Shown in pieces: positions 42,230 through 54,736 of a stretch of 64,000 nt of DNA. The notes beneath the pieces were generated by a model. The model saw only the letters and a list, made by a program, of their open reading frames with translations. It was not told the origin of the DNA and did not search any database. The position numbers were made by a program, and so were the translations under genes. This DNA is from the human T2T-CHM13v2.0 reference genome, Homo sapiens: NCBI GenBank assembly GCA_009914755.4, contig CP086569.2, forward strand, positions 21,472,001 to 21,536,000, given 5' to 3'. Numbering within the stretch: position 1 is the first letter of the stretch; each line of letters opens with the position of its first letter.

Positions 42230-42534
42230 TTTCTTTTTCTTTTTTTTTTGGAGACAGAATCTTGGTCTGTCACCTAGGCTGGAGTGCAGTCGTGGGATCT
42301 CGGCTCACTGAAACCTCTGCATCCCAGGTTCACACCATTCTCCTGCCTCAGCCTCCCAAGTAGCTGGGACTACAGGTGCTCGCCACCACACCTGGCTGAT
42401 TTTTTTTGTATTTTTTTAGGAGAGATGGGGTTTCACTGTGTTAGCTAGGTTGGTCTCAATCTGCTGACCTCATGAACTGCCTGCCTCAGACTCCCAAAGT
42501 GCTGGGATTACAAGTGTGAGCCACCATGCCTGGC
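42230..42534 (-). mobile_element. Alu, antisense, nested in the L1 and flanked by 17 bp TSD ctctctgtgtaattttt
   Basis: tttttctttttcttttttttttggagacagaatcttggtctgtcacctaggctggagtgcagtcgtgggatctcggctcactgaaacc...aaagtgctgggattacaagtgtgagccaccatgcctggc. Identical ctctctgtgtaattttt at 42213-42229 and 42537-42553. Confidence 0.92.
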
Positions 42535-44184
42535 ATCTCTCTGTGTAATTTTTAACTGCTGTTGCTTTTAACTTTATCTGCTGTAATAATAGCTACTCCT
42601 GCTTGCTTTTGGTGTCCGTTTGCATGGAACGTCTTTTTCCACCCATTAACCTTAAGTTTATGTGAGTCCTTATGTGTTAGGTTAGTCTCTTGAAGGCAGC
42701 AGATATTTGGTTGGTAAGTTCTTATCCATTCTGCAGTTCTCTATCTTTTAACTAGAACATTTAGGCCATTTGCATTCAACATTAGTGTTGAGATGTGAGG
42801 TACCATTCCATTCATTATGCCATTTGTTGTGCATATACTTTTTTGTTTGTTTGTTTTAAATTGTATTTTTGTCATATAGGTCCTGTGAGATGTATGCTTG
42901 AAAGTGGTTCTGTTTTGATGTGTTTCCAGGATTTTTTTCCAGATTCAGAACTCCTTTTAGCAGTTCTTTCAGTGCTGGCTTGATAGTGGTGAATTCTCTC
43001 AGCAGATGTTTGTCTAAAAAAAGACTGTATCTTTCCTTCATTTATAAAGCTTAGTTTCACTGGATACAAAGTTCTTAGCTGAAATTATTTTATTTGAAGA
43101 AACTGAATATAGGGCCCCAATCCCTTCTAGCTTGTAGGGTTTCTGCTGAGAAATCTGCTGTTAATATGATAGGTTTTCCTTTATAGGTAACCTGGTGCTT
43201 TTGCTTCACAGCTTGTAAGATTCTTTCCTTCATATTAATTTTAGATAACCTGATGACAATGTTCCTAGGTAATAATCTATTTGTGTTGAATTTCCCAGTT
43301 GTTCTTTCAGCTTCTTGCATGTGGATGTCTATCTGTCTAGCAAGGCCAGGGAATTTTGTTTCTTTATTTCCCCAAATATGTTTTCCAAACTTTTAAATTC
43401 CTTTTCTTCTCCAAGAATGCCAATTATTCTTAGGTCTGTTTGTTTAACATAATCCCAGACGTCTTGGATGTTTTCTTTATATTGTCTTACTCTTTTTTCC
43501 TTATCTTTGTTGGATTGGGTTAATTTGAAGACCTTGTCTTTGAGCTCTGCAGTTATTTCTCCTGATTGATTGTATTACTGAGACTTTCCAGAGCATTTTG
43601 CATTTCTGTGTGTATATTTTTTCCTGATGTTTTGATCATCTTTTATTTATGCTATTTCACTGAATATTTCTCCCTTCACTTATTGTATCTTTTAAAAATT
43701 TTCTTAGATTGGACTTCACCTTTCTCTGGTGCCTCTCTGATTAACTGAATAACTTACCTTCTGAATTATTTTTCAGGTAAATCAGGGATGTCCTTTTGGT
43801 TTGGATCCATTTCTGGTGAACTAGTGTGATTTGGGTGTTAGAAAACTTTCTTTTGTCATATCATCAGAGTTGATTGGTTGCTTCTCATTTGGGGAGGCTC
43901 TGTCAGAGGGAAGGTCTAGGACTCAAGACTGTTGTTCAGATTCTTTTGTCCCATTGGGTGTTCCCTTGATGTAGTACTCTCCCACTTTTCCTAAGGACAT
44001 GGCTTCCTGAGATCCGAGTTGATCATTATCTCTCTTCCACATCTGGGCATCCAGCAAGTGTCTACCAGGACTCTAGTGAACAGTCTGTGGGCCTGTCAGC
44101 CATGGATACCAGCAACTGCTCCAGTGGAGTTGGCAGGGGGGTAAAATGTACTCTGTGAGGGTTCTTGGCTTTGGTTGCTTAATG

Positions 44185-44186
<2 letters not shown>

Positions 44187-44237
<51 letters not shown>
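44187..44237. repeat. (T)51 homopolymer
   Basis: aatgaa + 51 T + gctggttgg, read directly. Confidence 0.95.
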
Positions 44238-44241
<4 letters not shown>

Positions 44242-45331
44242 GTTGGTCTCCTGCCATAAGGTGGTGCTTTCAAGAGAACATCAGCTGTGTAGTATTGGAA
44301 GAAACAGGCAGTGGGCATAGTTGTAGAACTCGCAAGAGTATATATCCTTTGCCTTCAGTTACCAGAGTGGGTAGGGAAAGACCATTAGATGGGGGCAGGA
44401 CCAGGCTTGTCTGAACTCAGACTCAGGCAGGTCTCACTGCAACTACTATGTGATGGGGTTGAGATTCCCAGGTCAATGGATTTATATTGCTAGGAGGATT
44501 ATGGCTGCCTCTACCCTGTCATCCAGGTATTCATGGAAGTGAGAAAAAGCCAGCAGTCATAGCCCTCAGCCAACTCCCACACAACCCAAAGGGCTGGTGT
44601 CACTCCCATCATGCCCCCTCCCACCACCCCGCCAACAGCACCAAGTCTTTTTCCAGGCTGGGGGCGAGCAAGGGTGAGAACTTGCCTCAGGCTCCCCACA
44701 TCCCAGGTGCAAAAGCAAGTAGATTGTTCGTTTTTACCCTGCCTGTGGTGTTTGCAAACCAGATTAGTGCCCTCCCTCATTTCTGGCCAGGAGACTTCTT
44801 AATTGGTTCAAATTTTACAAAATTCAGCTGAAGGTTTTTGTATCCCTGTGGCCCATTCTCAGTGCCTCTGGGAACCATGTGAGGCAGGGCAGAAATGGCT
44901 TCCTAGGGGAACCAGCAAGCCCACATGGCTTTTTCCCACGGCTTTATCCTTGTATTTCGCATGACTCTCTACATTGACTCAGCTATAGGTAAGTCCAGAA
45001 TGTTCTCCTATAATCTAGACCTTCAGTTTCCCCATTGGGGGTGTGTTTTTGGGGGTGGACAATCTCCCTTTCCCACTTCCACATTTGGGCACTCACAGTA
45101 TTTGGATTGTTTCCCTAGTCCTGCAGGAGCAATGCTCTTCCTTGAGACAGTCTGTGGGTTCTCTTGGCTTTTCTAATGTATTCCTGCAGTCATTCCAGAG
45201 CAAAAGTTCATGTTGTAAGCCTCCACACACTACTCTGTCCATCCAACTGGGAGCTGCAATCTAGTCCTGCCTCCTGTTCACCATCAAGGAGATGCTTCTT
45301 TGAAGGATGTTTTAAATTAAATATATATATA

Positions 45332-45592
45332 TTTTTTTTTTATTTGGAGTCTCACTCCGTTGCCTAGGCAGTGGCACGATCTCGGCTCACTGCAAGCTCC
45401 ATCTCCTCAGTTCACACCATTCTCCTGCCTTAGCCTCCCAAGTAGCTGGGACTACAGGTGCCCACCACCATGCCTGGCTAATTTTTTGTATTTTTAGTAG
45501 AGACAGCGTTTCACCATGTTAGCCAGGATGGTCTCGATCTCCTGACCTCGTGATCCACCCGCCTCAGCCTCCCAGAGTGCTGGGATTACAGG
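45332..45592 (-). mobile_element. Alu, antisense, 5'-truncated (first ~35 nt of the Alu missing)
   Basis: tttttttttatttggagtctcactccgttgcctaggcagtggcacgatctcggctcactgcaagctccatctcctcagttcacaccattctcctgcc...cagagtgctgggattacagg, then unrelated sequence (aaattaaag). Confidence 0.9.
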
Positions 45593-46326
45593 AAATTAAA
45601 GAAATTTTTAAATGACACTAGATGAAATAGATATAGAAAGGCTGGGGGAAAAAAGAGATTGAAAACAGTTGTAAGAAGCTATAAAAGTTTATGGAAATTT
45701 TGGGTCCAAACTTACCAAGATTAGGTAAATATGTTTCTGAGATTTTATTTAGAATAGGTTTAGTATTAATAATACACAGATACAAAGACAAAATTTAGTT
45801 TTGTGTTTTAAAGATTTTTGTGTAGTGTTAATAAAATGTAGTAAAATAATTTTTTACCTTTGATTAGACTTCAAAAAAAAAAAAGAAAAAATCTTGATTC
45901 AGGCTGTCTTTGTTGTTCTGTGGATTATTTGAAAAACAGTATTGTCTTTATTAAAATAAAAGTTTTTTTGGTGTTTTTGAATCTTTCAGTCAACACTGTG
46001 CAAAATATATGATTCTGTATTAATCAAGTATTTTAAGCTTTTGATATGTCAGACTTCTCAAAATCAAATTTTAAATTTTAAATGAGGTTGTTACTTTTAC
46101 CTAACATTTAGACAGTCTAAAAAGGTCCCCCATAAAGTCCAAGAGAGACATATTAGGATTATTTGGTAAGATAAAGTCATACAAATGCACAATCAAATAT
46201 AATGTTTGACCTTTTTTCTTTACTTTTTTATAGCTATGTTATTAATATGTGTTCTAAAATGTAATGTTATATCTAAAATGTTATATATTGGTATAATTTA
46301 TCAGTTTATGATTATTTTATTCAATT

Positions 46327-46757
46327 ATTTTAAGCCACAGTGAGGAGAGAGGCCCTTTCTCCTACTGTCCCCTGTCTCCAAAGAACAGGAGAAAGTGAAA
46401 ATTGAAAAATAGCGGCTGATCGGTGCCACTGGCCAGGCCTGTAGGTTAAAGATTAACGCCCACCCTAACTGCTTGTGCTATCTATACATAACAGACAATG
46501 GTATGGAGAAATACTTGCCCTGCTTCTCCCTACCGCTAACATATGTGGACATAGTCATGCACACCATGCTTGCTGAATCTATCATGACCCTTTCACGTGG
46601 ACCCCTTAGAGTCGTAAGCCCTTAAAAGGGTGAGGAACTCTTTCTTCAGGGAGCTCAGTTCTTGAGATGCAAGTCCGCTAACACTCCCAGCCAAATAAAG
46701 CCTCTTCGTTCTTTAATCTGGTGTCTAAGGGTTTTGTCTGTGGCTCATCCTGCTACA
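46327..46757 (+). repeat. 5' LTR (LTR2-like/HERV-E-type, assignment tentative)
   Basis: tgaggagagaggccctttctcctactgtcccctgtctccaaagaa...ccaaataaagcctcttcgttctttaatctggtgtctaagggttttgtctgtggctcatcctgctaca; matches the 3' copy at roughly 88-90% identity by eye. Confidence 0.85.
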
Positions 46758-46782
46758 TTTCTCGGTTCCCTGACTGGGAAAG
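46758..46782 (+). promoter_or_regulatory. Primer-binding site, tRNA-Glu-like (degenerate)
   Basis: tt TCGGTTCCCTGACTGGGAA agg versus canonical Glu PBS TGGTTCCCTGACCGGGAA: one inserted C and one C>T. Confidence 0.6.
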
Positions 46783-47441
46783 GAGGTGGTTGACAGATGG
46801 TCAAGGCAGCCCCTTAGGCAGCTTAAGCATGCCCTGTGGAGCATCCCTGTAAGGGACCCCAGTCAACTTGGGTGACGCGGATCCTACGAGCACTGCCAGG
46901 TAGGCATTTGCTCAGGTAAAACACCTCATTGGAGTGGTGCAAGGCAGGACCCCGCAGATGATCAGTGCAGCTGCTGAACACCGGGAAGGAACCTGACACT
47001 TGGAGTCCAGACATCTGGAACATGGTAGGACTAATCCTGGGAACTTGCCCATTCCATTTGAGTGGAAGCATGGCCTGATCACCCATGATGTGCCTTTATA
47101 GGCAGTTTGGTCTCAGTTTTTATTTTGATTTGGCTTGGCTTATTTGAAAAAAGGGAAAGTAAATGTGAATGAATGCTTGTGTTTGAGATGGACACCTGAT
47201 GGACAGTGGTCACTGTCTAAAGTGAGTGTTGAGCCCCAAGCTGCAGTTCTGTAGGATACCTCATATGGCTAAGTGGTAGTTTGTGCTGGCACCTGGTACC
47301 AGTCTTTCTAAGCTAAGAGGATCTGAGATTCCCACGAGGGAAGTGACCAGTGATGGGAGAGTCGAGTGAGTGAATGCTTTACCCTTTCCCTTCTTGTGGC
47401 ATGAGAGTTGTTTTTCTCTCCAGGTGGAAGACGGGTGAGAG

Positions 47442-49065
47442 ACAAAGTAAGCCCACTCCATTAGGAACTATGTTAAAGAATTTCAGGAAAGGTTTTAATG
47501 GAGATTATGGAGTTACTATGACCTCAGGAAAACTTAGGACGTTGTGGGAGATATATTGGCTAGCATTAGAAGTGGCTTGGCCAAGAGAAGGAAGCCTAGA
47601 CAGGTCTCTTGTTTCAAAAGTACGGCACAAGGTAACAGGTATATCAGGACATATATCAGGACACCCAGACCAGCTTCTATACATAGATACCTGGTTACAG
47701 CTTGTATTAGCCCCCCACCAAGATGGTTGAGAGGACAGGCCGCAACAGTACTAGTAGCTACGGGACAGACAGCCAAGGAAGAATCCCACTCCACCAGCCA
47801 AGGAAAGTCAGCTCCTAAAGTCCTATCTGACAAGACATCAGAGGATTCATGGCAAGAAATAGCGCCAGTGACACTCACCTTTCATCAAGAAGGAAAGCTT
47901 CTCAATCCTAAGCCCAGTGTGCCTGAGCTTCCACAAGGCTTCATACACCTAAACCACCCAGAGTAGAGAAGGAAGGATGTGAGACCTTGGGAGAGACCCC
48001 CTCCCTTGGTAGCCTGTTTGAGGCCTAGAACTGGGACACAAATGCCCCTGAGAGAGCAACTGTATACTGAGGTAGACAAGGATGGTCATATGGTGGAAAG
48101 GCATGCCTTTGTTTACCAACCCTTCATCTCTGCTGATCTCAACTGGAAAAACAATACTCCATCCTATATTGAAAATCCTCAAGCTATAATTGATTTGCTC
48201 CAAACTATAATCAAGACCCACAACCCTACTTGGGTTGATTGCCACCAGTTGCTCATGTACCTCTTCCACACAGATGAAAGGAGGAGAGTGCTCCAAGCAG
48301 CAACTAATCACTTGGGGCAATTAGTTGGAGAACATGTTCTGGCTGATTACCAAAACCCCTAAGAGTACATACGGATCCAGTTACTAGAAAAAGACCCCCG
48401 GTGGGACTCAAATGAAAGACTGGGTATGCAAAGCCTAAACAGGTACAGGGAAGCCCTCTTGGAAGGGTTAAAGAAGAAAGTTCAGAATAACTCAAATGCT
48501 AACAAGGTCTCTGAAGTAATTCAGGGAAAAGAAGAAAGTCCAGCACAATTCTATGAGAGACTGTGTGAGGCCTATTGTATGTATACTCCCTTTGATCCTG
48601 ATAGTCCTGAGAATCAGTGCATGATTAACATGATTTTAGTTAGTCAAAGCGCAAAAAACATTAGAAGGAAGCTGCAAAAAACAGGCTGGGTTTGCAGGTA
48701 TGAATATACTTCACAGCTGTTGGAAATATGTTATCAGGTGTTTGTGAACAGAGATATGGTAAGCCATAGAGAGACTTGCAAAGAGAATGAGTGCCAGGCC
48801 AGACAGAATGCCGACTTGTTAGTTGTGGCTATGGTGAAGAAGGGGAGGTCCTGGAAAAAATACCCAGTCCAATCACCCATGCATGCAGTGTAACCAGTGT
48901 GCTTACTGTAAGGAAATAGGACATTGGAAGGACAAGAGCCCCCAGTTGAAAGGGGAACAAGGTGACTCTGAGCAGGGGGCCTCAGACAAGGATGAAGGAG
49001 TCTTGTTCAGTCTTGCAGAAGGGTTATTGGACTAAGGGGGACTGGGCTTAGGTGACCCCAACAAG
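47442..49065 (+). pseudogene. gag: gag (MA-CA-NC), disrupted; start codon mutated ATG>ACG
   Basis: acgggtgagagacaaagtaagcccactccattaggaactatgttaaagaatttc reads (M>T)GERQSKPTPLGTMLKNF. CA ORFs 47979-48362 (...PFISADLNWKNNTPSYIENPQAIIDLLQTIIKTHNPTWVDCHQLL...) and 48426-48893 (...QFYERLCEAYCMYTPFDPDSPENQCMINMILVSQSAKNIRRKLQK...). NC zinc knuckle CAYCKEIGHWKDK(S) at 48898-48939 with the last Cys lost. Several frameshifts. Confidence 0.8.
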
Positions 49066-49069
49066 CCCA

Positions 49070-49430
49070 TTGTCAGGATGACAATCAGGGGCAAGGACAT
49101 TGAGTTTCTTGTTGATACTGGTGCTGAACATTCAGTAGTAACCACCCCAGTCACCCCCTTATCCAAAAAGAATATTGATATAATCAGAACCACAGGGGTT
49201 TCCGCAAAGCAAGCTTTCTGTTTGCCCCAGTCCTGCAGTGTGGGTGGGGGTGGGGGGAGTGGGGCATGAGCTAATTCACCAGTTCCTGTACATGCCTGAC
49301 TGCCCCTTGCCTTTACTTGGAAGGGACCTACTTAGCAAGCTGACAGCCACTATCTCTTTTACAAAGCACAGCTCTTTACAGCTAAAGTTACCTGGAATGG
49401 GAGTCATAGTGGCCCTTTCGCTTCCTTAGG
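49070..49430 (+). pseudogene. pro: Protease (aspartic, DTGA active site retained)
   Basis: ORF 49078-49269: MTIRGKDIEFLVDTGAEHSVVTTPVTPL...; DTGA codons at 49114-49125. Confidence 0.8.
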
Positions 49431-49439
49431 AGGAAGGGA

Positions 49440-52290
49440 GACTCTACATAACTGAGCCAGGCCAAGAGATAGGACCAGCTGTGGCTAAGTGGTGGCCAAG
49501 GGTGTGGGTAGAAGACAACCTTCCAGGGTTGGCAATCAATCAGGCCCCTGTACTCATAGAAGTTGAGCCTGCAGCCCAGTTGGCCAGGCAAAAGTAGTAC
49601 CCAGTCTCCAGAGAAGATCTTGAGGGCATCCAGGTCTATCTCAAGTGCCTAAAGGCCTTTGGAATTATAGTCCCTTGTCAGTCTCCATGGAACACTCCCC
49701 TCCTACCTGTTCCCAAGCCAGGGACCAAGTACTACAGGCCAGTACAGGATTTGCACTTGGTCAACCAAGCTACAGTGACTTTGCATCCAATGGTACCTAA
49801 CCTGTACACATTGTTAGAATTCCTGCCAGCTGAGGACAACTTATTCACCTCCTTGGACCTGAAAGATGCTTTCTTTAGCATCAGACTAGCCCCTGAGGGC
49901 CCAAAACTGTTTGCCTTTCAGGGGGAGGATCCAGGGTCAGGTGTCATCACTCAGTACACTTGGACACGGCTCCCCCAAGGGTTCAAGTACTCCCCCACCA
50001 TCTTTGGGGAGGCACTGGCTCAAGACCCCCAGAAGTTTCCTTCCAGAGACCTAGGCTGCGTGCTGCTCCAGTATGTCGATGACCGCCTGCTGGGACAACC
50101 CATGGCAGTCTGGTGCACCAAGGGAATATACCCTTCTCCAACACCTGGAGAACTGTGGGCATAAGGTATCCAAGAAGAAAGCTCAGCTCTCCAGACAGCA
50201 GGTACGTCAGCTGGGATTTACTATCTGACAAGGGGAGCACAGCCAGAAAGAAAGCAAGTCATTTGCAACCTGCTGGAGCCTAAGACCAGAATGCAGGTGA
50301 GAGAATTCTTAGGAGCAGTAGAATTCTGCAGGTTGTGGATCCCAAACTTTGCAGTATTGGCTAACCCCGTGTATGGAGTCACAAAGCGGGGTGAAAAGGA
50401 ACATTTCAAATGGGGATCCCAACAGCAATGAGCTTCTCATTAGTTAAAAGAAAACCTCATGTCAGCCCCAGCCCTGGGGCTACCTGACCAGACAAAACCT
50501 TTTACACTATATGTGTCAGAGGGAGAATAAATGGCAGTTGGAGTTTTGACCCAGAGTATGGGGCCCTGGCCAAGGCTGATGGCCTAACTCTCTAAACAAC
50601 TAAAGGGGGTTTCTAAGGGTTGGCCCCATATTTGAGGGCCTTGGCAGCAACAGCCCTGCTAGCAAAAGAAGTGGATAAGCTAACTCTTGGGCAAAATCTA
50701 AACATAAAGGCCCCCCATGCTGTGGTCACTTTAATGAATACCAAAAAACATCATTTGCTAATGAATGCTAGACTAACTAGATACCAAATCTCGCTCTGTG
50801 AGAATCCCTGCATAACCACTGAAGTTTGCAACACCCTGAACCCTGCTACCTTGTTTCCAGTATCAGAGCCCAGTTGAACATGACTGTGTAGAGGCGTTGG
50901 ACTCAGTTTATTCTAGCAGACCTGACCTCTGAGACCATCTTTGGACAACAGTAGACTAGGAGCTGTGCATGGATGGGAGCAGCTTCATCATCCCACAAGG
51001 AGAGAGGTGTGCGGGATATGCAGTGGTAACCCGCACATTGAAATGCTGTCATTGAAGCCAAATCGTTGCCCCAGGGCACTTCAGCCCAGATGACCGAACT
51101 TACTGCTTTAATTCAGGCCTTAGAGCTAACTGATGGTAAGATTGTAAACATTTACACTGACTCTGGGCATGCCTTTTTAACTCTCCAAGTACATGGGGCA
51201 TTATACAAGGAAAAAGGCCTGTTGAACACTGGGGGAAAATACATAAAAGATCAGCAAGAGATCCTGCAATTATTAGAGGCAGTGTGGAGACCCCGAAAGG
51301 TGGCAGTCATGCATTGCAGAGGACACCAGTGAGCTTCCACCTCGATTTCCCTGGGGAACTCCCAAGCTGACTCAGAGGCTTGAAAATCAGTATCCACCCC
51401 CTACTGGGCATCAGTCACAGCCCCCCTGCTCCCTCAGGCACCTGACATTGTACCTACTTATTCTAAAGAAGAGAAGGACTTTCTTCAGGCAGAAGGAGGG
51501 CAAGTGATAGAAGAGGGAGGGATTTGGTTATTGGGCAGAAGAATAGCCATGCCGCAAATGCTAGGAGCCGCAGTCATACTGGCTGTGCATGAGACCATCC
51601 ACCTAGGACAAATGTCATTTGAAAAGTTGTTAGGCTGGTACTTCTACATCTTGCACCTGTCAGCCCTTGCGAAAACAGTGGTGCAGCAGTGTGTCACCTG
51701 CTGGCAACACAATGCTAGGCAAGGTCCAACAGCCCCTCCTGGCATACAGTCTTATGGAGCAGCCCCCTTTGAAGATCTCCAAGTAGACTTCACCGAGATG
51801 CCCAAACATGGAGGCAACAAGTATTTGCTAGTTCTAGTGTGTACATACTCTGGGTGGGTGGAGGCCTATCCAACACGGACTGAGAAAGCTTGTGAAGTAA
51901 CCCGCATGCTTCCCCGAGATCTCATCACTAGGTTTGGACTGCCCTTATGAATCAGCTCAGACAATGGCCCAGTGTTTGTGGCTGACTTGGTATAGAAGAC
52001 AGCAAAGCCATTGGGGATCACATGGAAACTGCACCTACCGACCACAAAGTTCTGGAAAGGTGGAGCGGATGAATCGCACTATCAAAAATAGTTTAGGGAA
52101 AGCGTGTCAAGAAACAAGATTAAAGTGGGTACAAGCTCTCCCTATGGTATTGTTTACAATTAGATGTACCCCTTCTAAAAGAATAGGATATTCCCCTTAT
52201 GAAATATTATATCATAGCCTCCTTCCCATACTATGGGGACTCCCAGGCACTCCTCGAGAGCTAGGTGAAATTGAGTTACAGTGACAGCTA
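49440..52290 (+). pseudogene. pol: pol (RT, RNase H, integrase), disrupted by stops/frameshifts
   Basis: RT ORF 49751-50164 (...LPQGFKYSPTIFGEAL...LLQYVDDRLL; YVDD at 50072-50083). RNase H ORF 51066-51332 (GTSAQMTELTALIQALELTDGKIVNIYTDSGHAF...VMHCRGHQ). IN ORFs 51504-51950 and 51934-52284 (HHCC zinc region, ...SGKVERMNRTIKNSL...). Confidence 0.82.
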
Positions 52291-52633
52291 CAGGCTTTAG
52301 GGAAAATTACACACAATTTCAGCCTGGGTAAATGGGAGGTGCCCCATCAGCTTATTCTCCCCAGTTCACCCTTTCTCCCCAGGTGATCAGGTGTGGATCA
52401 AGGATTGGAACATAGCCCCCTTGTGGCCACAGTGGAAAGGACCCCAGACCAACATCCTGACCACTCCCACAGCCATACAGCCTGGATCCACCACAGCTGC
52501 ATAAAACCTGCAGCACCTGTCACCTGGAAGGTGAGACCAAGCCCAGATAATCCCTGCAAAGTGACTCTGAAGAAGATGACAAGCCCTGCTCCAGTCATAT
52601 GTGGAAGCTGACTGGTCCATGCATGGCTGAAGC

Positions 52634-53962
52634 ATGAGGAAACTCATCATGGGCCTCATTTTCCTTAAAATTTGGACTTGTACAGTAAGGACTTCAACTG
52701 ATCTTCCTCGGACTGAGGACTTTTCCCAGTGTATACATCAAGTTACTGAGGTAGGGCAAAAGGTTAAAACAGTCTTTCTGTTCTATAGTTATTATGAATG
52801 TACTGGAACTCTAGAGAAGAACTTGTCTATATAATTCCACTCTATGAAAGTTATGTAGCCCAGGAAGTGACCAGCCTGATGTGTGCTATAACCCATCTGA
52901 GCCCCCTATGAATACAGTTTTTGAAGTAAGATTGAGGACTGGCAACTGGGGAAATGCTGATATGAGTACAGTAATAACTAGAACAGAAGAAAAAGAATTC
53001 CCAAACAAATTATCTTAAAATTTGATGCCTGCGCGGCAATCAACAGTGACTTGTATGGAAATAGAATAAGATGTGGCTCTCTAGATTGGGAAAGAGGTTA
53101 TATAGTAGAAAATAAGCATGTTTGTCATGAATTAGGACTGTGTAGTGATGAATGTAGTTACTGGTCCTGTGTCATTTAGGCCACCTGGAAAAAAGATGAG
53201 AAGGACACTGTTCACCTTCAAAAAGGAAAGAGTAACTCTTCCTGTACTAGTGCTCACTGTAACCCATTAGAACTACTAATTGCCAATCCCCTCGATCTCT
53301 GTTGGAAAACAGGAGAGTATGTAACTCTAGGAATCAATGGAACTGGACTGGATCCCCAAGGAAATATTTTAGTCCAAGGGTACGTCCACAGGTGCTGTCC
53401 CAAACCAGTGTTTCAGACCTTTTATGATGAGCTGAATCTGCCAGCACCAGAGCTTCTGAAAAAGACAACTTATTTCCCCAGTTAGCAGAAAATGTAGCTC
53501 ATTTCTTCAATGTTACTTCTTGTTGTGTATGTTGGGGAACCACTGTGGGAGACCAATGGCCTTGGGAAGCCTGAGAATTGGTGCCTACTGATCCAGTTCC
53601 TAACATAATTCCAGTCCAGAAAACCCAAACTAGCAACTTCCGGGTTTTGAAAACCTCAATTATTGGACAATACTGAATAGCTAGAGAAGGAAAAGACTTC
53701 GCCATCCCTGTAGGAAGGCTCAATTGTCTAGGACAGACGCTGTATAATAGCACAACAGGGACGGTCTCCTGGTGGGATGTAAACCATACTGAAAAGAATC
53801 CCATCAGTAAATTTGCTAAATTACAGACTGCTTAGGCCCCTCCAGAATCTCACTGAGACTGTACGGTTCCCACTGGACTATACTGGATATGTGTAGGTAC
53901 AGAGCCTATACTCAGTTACCTGATCAATGTGCAGGTAGTTGTGTCATTGGCACCGTTAAGCC

Positions 53963-53997
<35 letters not shown>

Positions 53998-54715
53998 GCC
54001 CATAAAAACAGGTGAGCTCCTAGGTTTCCCTGTCTGTCCCTCCTGGGAAAAGAGAAGCATAGCTATAGGAAATTGGAAAGATGATGAGTGGCCCCCCTGC
54101 CAAAGGATCATACAGTAGTATAGGCCTGCCACATAGGCACAGGACAGCTCATCGGGATACCAAACCCTCATCTACATGCTCAGCCAGATCATATGATTAC
54201 AGGCCATCTTAGAAATAACCACTAATGAAATTGGCAGAGCTTTGACTCTTTTATCCTGGCAGGAAACCCACATGAGAAATGTCATCTATCAAAATAGATT
54301 GTCCTTAGACTATTTGCTCGCAGCCAAAGGAGTCATCTGTGGAAAATTCAACTTGCCTAATTGCTGTCTGCAAATAGATGATCAAGGACAAGTAGTTGAA
54401 AATATAGAGACATGACTAAACTGGCACATGTGCCCATGCAGGTTTGGCATAGGTTTGATCCTAGATTCCTGTTTGGAAAATGGTTTCCAGCTCTAGGAGG
54501 ATTTAAAACTCTTGTAATAGGAATAATAATAGTGTTAGGAACCTGCATGTTACTCCCCTGTAAGTTACCCTTATTTCTGCAGTTACTAAGAAGCTTCATT
54601 ACCACCTTAGTTCATCAAAAGACCTCAGCACAAGCATATTACATGAATCACTATCGATTTATCTCACAGGAAGATTTAGACAGTGAGGATGAGAATGAGA
54701 ACTCCCACTAGTGAG
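52634..54715 (+). pseudogene. env: env (SU and TM), heavily disrupted; contains an internal (T)26 tract at 53967-53992
   Basis: Signal-peptide-like start MRKLIMGLIFLKIWTCTVRT (ORF 52634-52834). TM region [40 protein letters not shown] (CX7CC). Membrane-spanning and cytoplasmic tail ORF 54412-54711 (...TLVIGIIIVLGTCMLLPC...). Stop at 54709-54711 sits just upstream of the polypurine tract aaagcggggaa and the 3' LTR. Confidence 0.75.
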
Positions 54716-54736
54716 TGAGGTTCTCAAAGCGGGGAA

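Larger units (their letters stand above)
38440..45300 (-). mobile_element. Old near full-length LINE-1 (L1PB/L1MA-like), antisense, carrying a nested Alu and a (T)51 tract in its 5' region
   Basis: Antisense 3' region: gtttggttttccattctggagttacttcacttagaataatagtctccaatg...ctataaacacacatgtgcaagtatc...cagtaatggaattgctggatcaaattgtagttctacttttag. Antisense ORF2: ccacttgatcatgatgaattatc...catctatgttcatcaagagaattggtctgtag...ggtagaattctcctgcgaatccatttggtattggac. ORF1 C-terminus from minus-strand ORF 43090-43320 (…RNIVIRLSKINMKERILQAVKQKHQVTYKGKPIILTADFSAETLQARRDWGPIF). The 5' UTR-like sequence ends ...gggagctgcaatctagtcctgcc near 45260-45300. Confidence 0.7.

Noticed and set aside
47374-47730. ORF 47374-47730 starting MLYPFPSCGM as the gag start
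   Set aside because: The gammaretroviral Gag N-terminus (MGQ..SKPTPLGTMLKNF) is recognisable in the same frame at 47442 but begins with ACG. The upstream ATG at 47374 lies in the leader and merely reads through.
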